Shown one piece after another: positions 33,828 to 46,322 of a stretch of DNA of 64,000 nucleotides (position 1 is its first letter; each line of letters starts with the position of its first letter). Source of the DNA: Blepharisma stoltei ATCC 30299 (Eukaryota > Protista > Ciliophora); the NCBI GenBank assembly GCA_965603825.1, contig CBFDEM010000009.1, forward strand, positions 1 to 64,000. Reading direction: 5' to 3'. Both the position numbers and the translations under genes were made by a program. The notes beneath the pieces were generated by a model. That model had not been told where the DNA came from. It did not search any database and saw nothing but the letters and a program-made list of their open reading frames with translations.

Positions 33828-36800
33828 TTATTTTATGTAATTTTGTTTCATGTACTCCCATATACAGATTGAACCACTTACATGCACATTAAGTGACCTC
33901 ACCATCCCAAACTGAGGAATTTCTACACAGTGGTCTACTAGTTCTAAAATATTGCCAGGGATCCCTTCCTTTTCTTTTCCTAAGACAAGGACACATTTAC
34001 TGGGAAATTCATATTGATTTATAGGGATACTATTAGCTGTCTGCTCTAAACCTACAATTCGATATTGGTTATGCCTGCATAGGTTTAAGTAAACTGGGAG
34101 GTTTTCTTCAGTAACTTCTATTATAGGGAGCCATCTATCAGCTGTTACTGCCATATTCTTGTATTCTGCCTCATTTACCATGTTTTTATTTGGTACAGTC
34201 AAAAGCTGCAAATTAAAAACTTCGCCAGTTCTCGTTAATCCAGCCAAATTTGGCAGTTTATCAAGCAGCGACGCAACAATTATCAATTCATGCCTTCTCT
34301 GTATTCCTTTCGTAGTCCTCATTTCTACTAAAGCTTGTGTATCTTCTACTTTTCTCTGGAAATTAGCCTCAATTTTGTGCTCTAATGGCAACTCAGCCGC
34401 TTTGAGTCTCCAATAATGCTCTCCGCTCGCCAATCCTTCTTCTCCATAAAATTCATCATCTCTTGTATTTTTCACAGTTTCATCAATTAAGTTTACTAAA
34501 GAGTCATGAACTAGCTCATCAGCGCCATCTATATACCCTTTCATTATTAATGAAATCCCGCATTCTTTTAGCTGGTTAAATCCTTCTATTAAATTTTCGA
34601 ATCTCTGCTGCATTTTTATGCACTCTTTATTTTTGAATAAAAATGGGAACATAGGCGATTTAGTGGAGAAGTCAGGGTATTTTTCAAGCAATTTGTAGAT
34701 GATGTAGTGAGAAGCTCGTCTGATGTGGGCTGTATTACAGATCATAAATGGGAGGATTTTATTGAAAATTTTTTCTCTGATAGGCTCGTCATCAAGAAAT
34801 ACCATAACTGCTCCTAAGACGACAATGGTTGAGCTTGCTACTTGAGGCTTTAAATTATAGTCATCTAAGACAGGTAGAGTAATTTCTGTATATTGAGGAT
34901 TGGATAAGAGCAAAGAAATTAAAAATCTCTCTATGTATTGCCGAATTACGTGGACGTGAGGGATTGAAATTATTTCTACACATTTTTGAACTGATTCTTT
35001 TATTAACTTTTGATCATTTTTTGCTATAATTCAGCTTGATAGCACACATGCAAGCTGTCCAAGTCTGATTTTTTGCTTATATAGCTCACTATTAGGCAGT
35101 TCTCCTCTTTGCTTTGATAGGCCAGAAAGCCCAGAAAAGCATTCTTTTACAAGTTTATAAGAAAAATCATCTTCATACGAAATTTTATCAATAAATGCTA
35201 ATGTCAGCATTCTTATATATTGGCCTTGCTCAGCAATTTCATCTATTTTGCAATGGGGTTTAGGCGCATTTATTAGTGCAAAAGAATTCATCAAGGCAAA
35301 TTCTGAATCGTCGCCTCGGATTTCTTGGTATAAAGAAAGCTCTAAAATTAAGCTTGTATATGGCAAAACCCTTGATGAGTGGGCAATGAAAATTGGGTAG
35401 CATTCGTTGAGAAGAGCTCTGGTAAATCCCCATCGTTCGTGGCCTTTATCAATGACCTTTTTAAAGAGTTTTGGAAGATAAGTGTCGTTTAGAGGTGAAA
35501 GTATAGTGCTTTCATTGAAGGCGAAGGATAAAAACGTTACTGCGATGCCTATTGGAGCATCATGCTTGCCTTCAAGCACTAAAGCCCAGCATTTCTCATA
35601 GATTTCTTCTATTTGCAAGACTAAGTAAAATATTACAGTTTTCAGCTTGGAGAGCAGCAGGTAAAAAGCTAGTTTTAAGTATAGAAAATAGAGTTTCCAT
35701 AGTTTGCTGGTGGCAAAAATCGACAAGCTCAACTGCTGGCTGGATAATATAGCTTTTTTCTTCAATGATTGTAGCACATAACCCAATAATTTCCCATTTC
35801 AGCACAGAAATGCTTGCCAAAAAGTCCCTATTTTGGCATTTTTCCCTTTCTTTTAGTGTAATCACAATTTCTGCAGCTTTATTTACAAGTAGAGAAGTTT
35901 CGCCTGTTTTGATAATCTGCATATCAATTACCGTTCCTATAAACAGTTTTAAATACGACAAATATGAGTACAAAGCCACATTTTCTGCAGCCTGTATATA
36001 TTTTAATATATGCTCTGAATGATTTCTGACCTTCCCAATACATCTTTCTCCTAATATCTTAAAAAATACTTCTAATGAACTAACAAAAATCTTTAAAGCG
36101 TCACTATCTTCTATAAGGGTCATTGCATAAGAAATTATTTCTTCTAAAATTGCTTCAAAAAAGACTGAAAATTGTGACTGAATAGAAGGATCGGAAGAAA
36201 TATATAAGAAAACTGAGGCGAGTTCTTGAATTCAGGACAGAGCGACGTTTTTATTGATATAAATGTTTCTATATAATGCAGAAATAACGGTAAAGTAAGG
36301 GGAAAGAAGGTCTTTTAGCTCTTCATTTGTAATTTTTGAGAATTTTATGAGTAAGCCAATCTCTTTTGGAGAAAATGAAATCGTTGGAATTTCATCATGG
36401 GCTACCATTAAGGTCTCTGATCACCATTGTTTTGATTCTTCAGGGTTTAAATTAATAATTTTTGGAAGGACAGGGATTTTTGCTGCAAGTCTAAGCTTTA
36501 TAAGCCCATAATCAGAATTCTCAACTTCGATAAAGCTTAAAGCCATTTTAAAAGCTGTATTTCTTTGTGATGGTGGCTGTTGAGGCATTTGCCCATCTGT
36601 CATATCAATAATTGCATACAAAACCTCCTCATTTATAGCTTTACTAAGCTTATTTTCTAATATAGCATCTACAAAATACCTAAAAGTGATTTGGAATTTC
36701 ACTTTTTGGCTAATTTCCCTTATAAAAATTCTTGCATATTTTACGAATAATTCCTCCTCTAGATCACTGAAAAACCTCTTATAAAAAATTGGTATATAAG

Positions 36801-37890
36801 TCCCAAATTTTGACCTTTGTGTCAATGTAGGAGCATCTGAATATAGCTGAGGGTCTGATAAAAAGCTAACTAATTCCTTGACAGCAAATTCAGATTTATC
36901 TGCAATGCTAGTCATGTAATGTTTTGCAATATAGCGTCTTACTGATATATTTTCATGCTGTATTGCTCTCTCATATAGTAAAGCAAGATATTTTCTTTCC
37001 CAATTCATTAATGATGAAACCCTTGGCCATAAGCCTTCTACTAAATGTCTGGCATAGTTTTCTAGTACATCATAAAGTTCCCAGAAAGTCTCCCATTCAG
37101 ATGAATTTTGAGATGTGGATTTTATGTATTGTTTAAGCATAATTGAAGCCTGTTTTCTTATATAAGCATCTAGATGAAGTAAATCTTTTTCTATGCTTGT
37201 TCATAGAGAAGGGTTAGAGAACAGGTCGGGAGTTTGAAAAATTAAATGAGTGTATGGCATTAATTCTCCTGTATAGCCTGGGATTGGCTTTATATTAGCT
37301 AAAACTTTTTCAAGATTTGGCTTCAAAAACTCGTCTGGAATAGATGATAAAATTATAGCTGAGGTTCTATGGTATGGCAATAAAATCATATAGTGAGGGC
37401 AAGACACATCTGAATAGTCTTCATATAAATCTCCTCTTGTATACCTATTATCTCTTATAGAGTTTTTCACATTTTCTAATGTATCTATTATAAGCTGTTT
37501 TATTCCTATTTCCATATTTGGTCCAATTTCTTCGATTACACTCATGATTTTTTGCATAATTTCTTTGGGCTTTTCGTGAACTCTTTCTAAGTATTTTTCC
37601 ACAAATTCAGCTGGAAAAGCTTGAAAAAGGACCTCGATAAGTTCTTTTTTCATTTCTTCTCTCTGGATGACTTCACTGATTTCATTGAAATTTTTTAGTT
37701 CGTGCATCTCATTGAGGATCAATAAGGCTAGATATGTCTCTAAACCTCCTCTATTCAGTAAAGATTTTATAGAGTCTAGACTTAGCTTTAGCAGTGCAGC
37801 TGTTTTTGATAGCGATTTGCAGATAGCCTGCTGCTGAGCTGGGTCTTGGGTAGAAATCTCTTGAATGAAGGAGATTAAGAATTCAGACAT
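33828..37890 (-). CDS. TARBP1: TARBP1/Trm3-like tRNA G18 2'-O-methyltransferase (SpoU C-terminal domain); one 16-nt intron
   Basis: C-terminal IVASLLDKLPNLAGLTRTGEVF...LVLGKEKEGIP...IPQFGMVRSLNVHVS. The long helical N-terminal region joins via TGA=Trp and the intron. Confidence 0.88.
35621..35636 (-). other. 16-nt spliceosomal intron
   Basis: GTAATATTTTACTTAG. Removing it reconciles the frame change (AENFLQIEEIYEKCW). Confidence 0.85.
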
Positions 37891-37919
37891 TTAATCTATT
37901 AAAGTATTTTAATTGTTTT

Positions 37920-38120
37920 TTAAGGATTTCGCATAAGCCTATGAATTTTCGGCCCTAAGATAGCTATGACGAAGAAATATCCGATCCCAAATCTAAAACC
38001 TTCAGTGAACGGCCTAATAAACCAATAATTAAACCAGGATGGCTTGGTTGAGTCGCTGATATCTGAATCTTTAGATTGTAATCTATATAGTGACTGCATA
38101 TTTTGCGGCTGGTCTCCCAT
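37920..38120 (-). CDS. Small hypothetical membrane protein (66 aa)
   Basis: ATG to TAA ORF filling the intergenic gap; one hydrophobic segment. Confidence 0.6.
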   Translation of the reverse strand: MGDQPQNMQSLYRLQSKDSDISDSTKPSWFNYWFIRPFTEGFRFGIGYFFVIAILGPKIHRLMRNP

Positions 38121-38276
38121 TTATTAAATGCTTATTAATTTTTTGCTTAATTTACCAATTATTCTCCTATCAAGATTCCTCCAAATATCTTACTCTATAC
38201 ACCTAATCACTTTTCTCATCACTTTTTCGCTATTTTTGTGATCAAGCTCTATTAATTCATAGTAGTTAATTTTAAA

Positions 38277-41200
38277 ATGGACAATCCTCGACTTAAATCA
38301 ACTGACCAAATTATCCAAGAACTTCAGTCTTTAGAGACCACAACTGCTTCTTCTTCACTCTATGAAAAAATGCAAGTCTATGTCCTCGTCAGCTATGAAG
38401 ATCCCAGCGATGATGCATTTTACAATGGAGAAATCGTCAAAATCAATGAAAACTCCGTCTCTGTAAAACTTCTTAATGGCAGCAAAAAAATCATTGAAGT
38501 CTCTGCAAATGAAGTTTTCCCTGTTGACGAAGATGCTGAGCAAGGAGTTTCTGACCTCTCCAAACTTTCTAATCTTCATGAAGCTGCTCTCCTTGTTAAT
38601 GTTGAAGTACGCTATCAGCGTAAAGAGATATATACTTATGTAGCACAAACTTTAATAGTGATAAACCCATACCAAAACATCCCAGAGCTGCTTTCTCAAG
38701 ACGCTATAAACCATTATCTCAACGATAATTTAGAAAATCTTGACCCTCATATTTTCGCAATTTCTAAGCAAGCTTATACACAATTGTGGGAAAATAAAAA
38801 AAATCAAGCTATTGTGATTAGTGGAGAAAGTGGGGCAGGGAAGACAGAGACTACCAAGCATGCCATGAGGTTTTTAACATACCTATCTGGGCATGGAGAG
38901 TATGAAGGAATAGAGGAGAAACTGATAAGGTGCAATCCACTATTAGAAGCATTTGGAAACGCTAAAACAGTGAGAAATGATAACTCGTCGAGGTTTGGGA
39001 AATATATAAGGATTTTTTATAATGGCAAAACAAAAAGCATCAGTGGAGCTTCAATAGCAAATTATTTGTTGGAAAAATCAAGAGTGGTCATGCACTCTGC
39101 TGGAGAAAGGAATTACCATATTTTTTATTTATTCTGTAAGCATGCCCCTGCTGAAATATTAAGAGAGCTTGGCCTAACGGAAGGAGACACATTAGACATG
39201 GACGAATATCTATATTTAAGAGGTGATAAAGACGCTGAAACTATTAATGACGAAGATTTTTACCTAGACGTGATGGCAAGCTTCAAAATTACAAATTTTT
39301 CTGACGCAGAAGTTCATGGAATTTGGACAATTTTGGCAACAATTCTATCTATTGGAAATATTCAGTTTGATGATACGCTGCATCAAGAAGATGATAGTGA
39401 GCCCTGTGAAATTTCAGAGGAATCAGGAAAATACTTTGAAAATGCTGCGAGGTTATTGAATATTTCTGTTGACAAATTTTACAAAGCAATAACCACTTAT
39501 GTCAGAAAGATTGGAGGTGCAGAAATCGCTTCTCCTCTCAGTAAAAAAGACTGTTCAGCTTACAGAGACTCTATCGCCAAAGCCTTATATGACAGGCTGT
39601 TTAACTGGATCGTCTTCAAATTAAATAAAACTCTGCTGCCACCTAGCACTTCTCAAGCAATATCAATAGGCTTATTAGACATTTTTGGCTTTGAAGTTTT
39701 TCCTGAAAACGGGTTTGAGCAATTTTGTATTAATTTCACCAATGAAAAACTGCAGCAGCTTTATGTTTCCTATATTTTTAAAATTGAAGAGCAAGAGCTG
39801 AGGAATGAAGGTTTAGAAGAATTTATAACAGAATTAAATTATGTTGATAATCAGCCTATTTTGGACTTACTTGAAAAATTCCCTGGAGGAATCTTCAATT
39901 TGATTGATGAAGCGTGCTCCGTTAACAGTGACGATAAAAGACTGCTTCAACAAATTATAAAAACTCACAAAGAAAACCAGTTTTTTGCTATCCCTAAAAT
40001 AGAAAGCGATATTTTCACTGTTTTCCACACTGCAAGAGATGTAGATTATACAGTCAATGGCTTTAGAGTAAAGAATTTAGACGAACTTAGGAAAGAATTG
40101 GAGCTATGTGCCACTGAAAGTGGGGATGCAAATGTTAGAGAAATTTTTACTAAAGGAGTTGGGGTTGAGGATCAAGCCAATAAAGGGAAATTTTTAGGGG
40201 CAAAGTTTAGAAGACAGATGAACGCTGTCATGGAAGAGCTTGAAAGCTGTGATTGCCACTTTGTCAGGTGTATAAAACCTAATGAGGATAAATCACCCTT
40301 AAAATTCCTCCCAAGGCTTGTCCTACTGCAAATTCAGTATTTAGGACTCTTAGACTCAATTGCAATACGAAGACAAGGCTACCCTATTCGTTATACTTAT
40401 GAACAGTTTTTTAAGAGGTTTGATGAAATCTATCCTGATCGCGAAAAGAAAAATAATATATTGATGGAAACTCCTCCAGATTGGCAGAATTTAGTGGAGG
40501 ATATTATTGACGAGTATTTGCCTGGAATTGACGAAAAGTATATTTTATTTGGAAAATTCAAAATTTTCTTAAAAGCTGAAGTCAATGTTTATCTAGAAAA
40601 AGCCAAACTCTCCTTCTTAAAAGAAAAAGATATTGCTGCAAGCAAAATCCAAGGATGGCTTAAGGCAAGAAAAGAATACCAAAATTTCAAAAGTTATTTA
40701 AAAATTGTCGCAAGGCTCCAAGCAACCTATAAGGCTAGAAAATGTCGTGAAGAATTTTTAGACATAAAAGAAAAAACATTAAAAATCCAAAGATGGGCTA
40801 GAGATATCCAATATAACGCTAAGGCTGATTTACGAGTTTTAGGACTTGAAATATTCAAAAAATATTTAGCAGTAAAAATGAACTCTTTATATCAGCTAAA
40901 ATATGTGAATATGGCTATTACTGCACAAAGACTATGAAGGGGCTACAAAGGAAGACAAATAGCTAGCGTACATAAGTATATAGAAAGATTATTTAACACC
41001 AGAATTTTTAGGCCATCTTGGGAAAGAATTTATTTTAGAATGAGGCTTAGGGCAGCTGTGCTAATACAAAAATTGTTCCGTGGGTATAGATGTAGGAAAA
41101 ATGAAACGTATAAGGTGACTGAGCTGAGAGAAAAAATGAAACAAAGGAAATTAGATAAAGCAGCTACTAAAATACAGGCTTGGGCTAAAGGAGAAATAGT

Positions 41201-43034
41201 TAGGAAAAAGCTTAATAGGATGACGAAAGCTGCAAAATATATTCAAGGGTATTTTAGAGCAAAATGGACTTATTCACTGTTTAAAAAGATATCAATGGAA
41301 GTCAGGCGTATCCAGAGGGCTGTTAGATCTTTTATTATTAGAAGCAAAATTATAAAGGAAAGGGCTAATAAATATATTACCCAAGAATCAGCTTTACTGA
41401 ACAATTTATTGCTTCTGGAGCATTCTGAGCTGTTTTCAACAATACCAATAAATACTCAAAACTATCAAGTCCAGGACGCTTTTAAAACTTTATCAACTAT
41501 AGCAGAAAGCACAGCCAATCTAAACAAATCTAATCTTCTCAATACAGGCAGCTTAGCTATGCAATCAAAACAAATATCTCCATTCCACATAGAAAAAATG
41601 TATTTTTTCACTCGAGTTCTCGATATGGAGTTACTAACTGACATGTCCATTGTATATGACCCATTATGAAGTCAGCAGCTAGAAACTCTTAACAGAGAAT
41701 CAATAGCAAAAGAAGAACAAATTATGGATATTGAACTAGGTGGCTGTCATTCTGTAGCTATTACCAATAGAGGAAAATTATTTGTTTGGGGCTGGAACGA
41801 TAAATATCAATGTGCAGCTGAAGGTTTAACTTCTACAAATAAGCCAAAATTAGTAGAAGGGCTTAAGGAAAAAAGGATTTTGCAAGTCTCCTGTGGCGAT
41901 GACCATACTTTGGCATTAGGCTCTGACGGAGCTGTTTTTGCATTTGGTGACAACTCAAAAGGGCAGCTTGGCCAAGGCAATTATCAAGAAATTCGTGACG
42001 TGAGAGGTCTAAATCTGCCTCCATGTAGACAAGTTTATACAGCAGGAAGCCAATCAATGGCTGTAACTGATAACGGAGACTTATATTTATGGCCATTCGA
42101 AACAATTCATGGGGAACGCAGGAGCTATCCTATGAAGGTCTTTAACGATGTCATAGTCAGCGAAGTGTCCATCGGCTTCAATTTTGCCATAATTTTAGCT
42201 AATTCTGGACTGCTTTATTCACTAGGCAGCAATAATAAAGAAGGACAGTTGGGCCATGGAGATGCGTTACCAAGAAGTGCTCCCACAATGATAGCTTCAT
42301 TGAAAAAGCAAGGCGAAAAAATAGCAAATGTAAGCTGCGGATTCCGGCATGTAATAGCAAGGTCTACACTTGGAAAAGTTTATACATGGGGCTGGGGAAG
42401 TCATGGGCAGCTTGGTCACATCATTTTTTCAAGTGAATATTTACCAAAAATCGTCAATATTAAAGGTAACCGTCTCAAAGCAATACAGGTAAGTGCAGGC
42501 CTAAAGCATTCTGTCATACTCCTTGAAAACCGCAAACTCTATTGGGCAGGCACAAATGGTACAATCTCGTCTCAATCTACTTTTCAGGAAGTAAACTTAG
42601 CTGCAAAAATCCCAGAAATGTTTGAAAAGGCTAATGAGTTTACAGTCGTAAGATCTCAGTGCTCATGGAGCCGTGGTCTAGGCATAACCCTAATCACAAT
42701 TGCTGACATCAGACGTCTCCAAACTCCTCCTTCAAAGCTTTCCACTTCTCTTAATCTTTTAGCGTCAAAATGGAATAATCGCTACATTGAGCCTCCCTAC
42801 ATAGAAACCGTTGCAAATTTCTACCCAGCTATCGCTTTACGTAAAGGCTCGCCACCTAAGCAGCCAAAAACTAAGCGTTCAGATGTGTCACCTTTTAGAA
42901 GGAAAGATGACAAACTTGACCTGGAATCAATGAAAGAAAAAATCAAAGCAATTCTGGCAAAGCCAGAAGAAAAGTGGACGCAAGAGGATAAACATCTGAT
43001 GGACGAAATAATAAAACTTAAACCTCAGATTTAA
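38277..43034 (+). CDS. Myosin heavy chain with IQ motifs and an RCC1-repeat tail (1585 aa)
   Basis: GESGAGKT, NDNSSRFGK, DIFGFE, IQxxxRGxxxR repeats, then RCC1 repeats (WGWNDKYQC, GDNSKGQLG, WGWGSHGQLG). Three ORFs in one frame joined by TGA. Confidence 0.93.
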
Positions 43035-43078
43035 AAATTCAATGAATTAAAAAATTGTGGTAATAAAAATAATATTTT

Positions 43079-43414
43079 ATGGGTTGCAGCAATACAAGAT
43101 TTAAGACAAGAAGCAACCAAAGAGTCTTCATCATCAAAGCGAGCCAGCCTCGTATTGTCGCTGGCTCAGTCGAAAAGAAAAAGCAAGCAAGCTCTGAGAA
43201 AGGATTTGTAAGTGATATAATTAAGCTGCATTCTGTCGAAGTCAGCTTTGCGATGATCGAGAAAAGTCAAGTTCACCATGGAACTGGAAACTCCTTCGAT
43301 GATGGGCTAAAAAACGTAAAAGCTGGGCATAAGCCCAGCAAAAGCTTAATTAAGCGCGAAAGCGACCAAGGCCTTGACTCGGATACTATGTCTACAGGCA
43401 AAGTTGAAGCGTAA
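43079..43414 (+). CDS. Hypothetical protein with a putative N-acylation start (MGCSN)
   Basis: 111-aa ORF with an MGC N-terminus. Confidence 0.65.
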   Translation: MGCSNTRFKTRSNQRVFIIKASQPRIVAGSVEKKKQASSEKGFVSDIIKLHSVEVSFAMIEKSQVHHGTGNSFDDGLKNVKAGHKPSKSLIKRESDQGLDSDTMSTGKVEA

Positions 43415-43609
43415 AGCTATGATATATTAAAATTTCCCTTAAACTAATAGGGCTGAATTTTTTTTTAATAATTAACACTTTCTTTTACTTGAAAACTTCT
43501 CGCTAACTGTTGATTTAATTAAAAAAGCTCTTTTTATGTCCTCGGAAAATGGCATTTTTACAATGAAAATCACATTTAAATTTTTATTCTTTTTAATTTC
43601 ATTTTTATA

Positions 43610-44452
43610 ATGGTGACTACATATAACTCAGCTTATCGATCTCCTGGCGTCATGTATCAGCCAACTAACCCAGACGACGAATATTCTCCTCGGGCTAACA
43701 GTGTGCAAAACTTTTCTTGCAAAGAAGAATCGAATCATCGCTATCGACCATATATGGAAGACGGTCATAAAATAATAGATTCTTATTTAGGTGACCCAAA
43801 TCAAGGATTCTTTGCAGTTTATGATGGACACGGTGGAAGTGAAGCTGTAGACTACTGTAAAAACCGGCTTCACGAGGAATTGAAGAAAGCTCTTCAAGAA
43901 TTTTCTGATGATATCCCTACAGCTTTTAATCGGTGTTTTAAAAAAATAGATGACCAGCTCAGACTCGCTGGGGCTGCGACATCTGGCTCTACAGCTACTG
44001 TTGCATTGATCAGAAAAGAAAACCACCAAAAAGTCCTTTATGTCGCCAATGTAGGTGATTCTAAAGCGATTATAGTAAAATCTTCAGGTTCTGAGCAGCT
44101 CAGTTATGATCACAAAGGCACAGATCCTGGAGAAATAGATAGGATAGTATCAAATGGAGGATATTTAATCAGGGGAAGAGTTGCAGGACAATTAGCCGTG
44201 ACAAGAGCATTAGGAGATCACCATTTGAAGACCAGCGGGGTCTCATATGAGCCGTATGTATCGAGGAGAGTTATTACTCCTAATGAGCTATTTTTAGTTA
44301 TGGCTTCGGATGGGCTGTGGGATGTAGTAAATGACAGAGAATTAGAAGGACTAAGAGGAAGAAGCAGCTTAGAAATAGGAAATTCGTTGATGGAGAGAGC
44401 AATTAATGGCGGGTCTCAAGACAATATATGCATTCTCACAATATGTTTCTAG
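43610..44452 (+). CDS. Protein phosphatase 2C (PPM family)
   Basis: MED, VYDGHGG, ANVGDS, LAVTRALGD, ASDGLWD, DNI. Confidence 0.96.
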   Translation: MVTTYNSAYRSPGVMYQPTNPDDEYSPRANSVQNFSCKEESNHRYRPYMEDGHKIIDSYLGDPNQGFFAVYDGHGGSEAVDYCKNRLHEELKKALQEFSDDIPTAFNRCFKKIDDQLRLAGAATSGSTATVALIRKENHQKVLYVANVGDSKAIIVKSSGSEQLSYDHKGTDPGEIDRIVSNGGYLIRGRVAGQLAVTRALGDHHLKTSGVSYEPYVSRRVITPNELFLVMASDGLWDVVNDRELEGLRGRSSLEIGNSLMERAINGGSQDNICILTICF

Positions 44453-44470
44453 AGAGTTAAAGAATTTTAA

Positions 44471-45106
44471 TTAGAAATCTAAGACTTGTCTTGTTTCTAA
44501 GTAGTGCCTAAGACTAGCAGAAGATTCCAAAAGTCTGTCAGCCCAAAGCCTGAGCTTTGGAGCACAACTAGCAACAAGCGGCCCTCTTCTGTTCACTTTA
44601 GCTTCGCATAGCATGTAATCCCAAACTGTCTGGAAAACTGCGAAATCAGCCAAACTGATGCTATCTGCTACAAACCAGCCATTGCCCCCATTATTTCTTT
44701 CTAGTCTTGTTTCTGCTTTTCTTAGCCAGTCTGGGACTTTTTCTTCAAAAAGTTTTTCAACTTGTTCAGAATTTCCTGACGATTTTGCCTTAAGATATTC
44801 ATTTAAAATATCTTCTCTGAAATCAAGGAGAGACTCGCTCCAATAACAATTCTCCAAAGAGGTTGGGTAATATCCAAACTTTTGGCATAAATATCTGGCG
44901 ATTGAACGGCTTTGTACTAAAACTAATCCATCTATTTCAAGAACTGGAAGTTGCCCGAATTCTGCTAGTCCAGAAGTCCGTAGGGCTGGGAGTTCTTCAA
45001 CTGTGACTCGATGATCTGTGAATTGGTCGCCATGATAATGAAGAATCATACGAATCATTTCACCCCTTGCATAATAGTTGAAATAGTGGAGTTTTATATC
45101 AGACAT
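44471..45106 (-). CDS. Glutathione S-transferase (sigma-like)
   Basis: LHYFNYYARGEMIR, FGQLPVLEIDG, QSRSIARYL, SLADFAVF. Confidence 0.95.
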   Translation of the reverse strand: MSDIKLHYFNYYARGEMIRMILHYHGDQFTDHRVTVEELPALRTSGLAEFGQLPVLEIDGLVLVQSRSIARYLCQKFGYYPTSLENCYWSESLLDFREDILNEYLKAKSSGNSEQVEKLFEEKVPDWLRKAETRLERNNGGNGWFVADSISLADFAVFQTVWDYMLCEAKVNRRGPLVASCAPKLRLWADRLLESSASLRHYLETRQVLDF

Positions 45107-45229
45107 TTATGCGAAAATTTATAAGTTAGCAGAAAACATACTTCTTCAGATTATTTATGAAAAAGGAATTTCCTAGGATTTAGTGAGAATTATTTATAAA
45201 TTTTTTATTAGATTTTCAATGAAGGTTAT

Positions 45230-46270
45230 TTAAAATCTAACTCTGCCTTTTTTCAAGCTATAGGAAAGCTTATCACCCAAAATTTTTTTATATTTTTCAC
45301 TTTTTCCTTCGTTCTTTGAGCTTCCCTGTTCCTCTTCTTCAATATCGAAGCTTTTCATAGACAATCTTAAGCTCTCTGTACTATCTACGTCTTCTTCAAT
45401 ATGCTTTACTTTGCTTTCAATTGAGTCATCGTCTAGCAGCATTTCCATATATTTATCTTCTTCTTCATCAGGCCCAGTAGATTTTTTGTGTGCTAGTTTC
45501 TCGTATGTTTTTATTTTATTTAAGGCGCGTTTTTGATATTCCCCATTTCCTGTATTTTGATATATTTCTTTATCTTTCACAATTTCTTCGACTTCCTTTT
45601 TCTTAGCCATATCAACCTGTGGGATTATATAAATTTTTATATTTTCATCTTCATTTTCAACTTTATTTATCGATCTGATCTTATCACTCATTTCTTCTTT
45701 GATTTTCACACAAATGTTTTCTGCTAATACCTGGCATCTATCTATTTCTGCTTCTGTGTCTCCAGGGATAACAATTTCAATGCTTACTTTAAATCCCTCA
45801 TCTAAGGTTTTTTCGATCCTTGCTATTTTTCTTGATAAATCATGACTTGTAATGTTTGTATTGTCGAACTTGAAGGCTTTAAATTCATTATTTATGTCTT
45901 TTTTAGCATCACTTGTATGCTGAGTTGACAAAGTTTTTAGTAAAAGCTTGGAATAGTTCATCAGCTTGACTGTAGGTGGATTTTCAGTCACCAGAACTAC
46001 GTCAAGCATTTGCTCTTGAGCGAGTAGCTTAGCTTCTGACAATGTTGAGATGTCTTTCATTAGTCTGTCGTTCCAATCTATAATTCTGAGGTCTTTTTCA
46101 TATGTAATCTCGTCATTTATGAGATATCGCTTTGCAGTTGTTTCTTTTGTGAAACCTGGGGACTTTAAGAGCTTTTCAATTCTTTGGACTTGATCAGCGG
46201 AAAGCTTCTCATTAGAAAGTTTTTTTGTGGCTCCAAAAAAGCGAGTCATCCCGATAAATCGTCGAAACAT
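45230..46270 (-). CDS. Mitochondrial translation initiation factor IF-3-like
   Basis: Presequence-like N-terminus; INDEI...LRII...EAKLLAQEQMLDVVLV..NPPTVKLMNY, NITSHDL..K, L.EGFKV. Confidence 0.8.
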   Translation of the reverse strand: MFRRFIGMTRFFGATKKLSNEKLSADQVQRIEKLLKSPGFTKETTAKRYLINDEITYEKDLRIIDWNDRLMKDISTLSEAKLLAQEQMLDVVLVTENPPTVKLMNYSKLLLKTLSTQHTSDAKKDINNEFKAFKFDNTNITSHDLSRKIARIEKTLDEGFKVSIEIVIPGDTEAEIDRCQVLAENICVKIKEEMSDKIRSINKVENEDENIKIYIIPQVDMAKKKEVEEIVKDKEIYQNTGNGEYQKRALNKIKTYEKLAHKKSTGPDEEEDKYMEMLLDDDSIESKVKHIEEDVDSTESLRLSMKSFDIEEEEQGSSKNEGKSEKYKKILGDKLSYSLKKGRVRF

Positions 46271-46322
46271 GCTTTTCGATTAATTTAATTATAAAATTAA
46301 AGGCAGAAAATCTGGAAATTAG

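Noticed and set aside
37920-38120. Mim1-like mitochondrial insertase (PF..G...G.G pattern)
   Set aside because: The resemblance is too short to support without a profile search.
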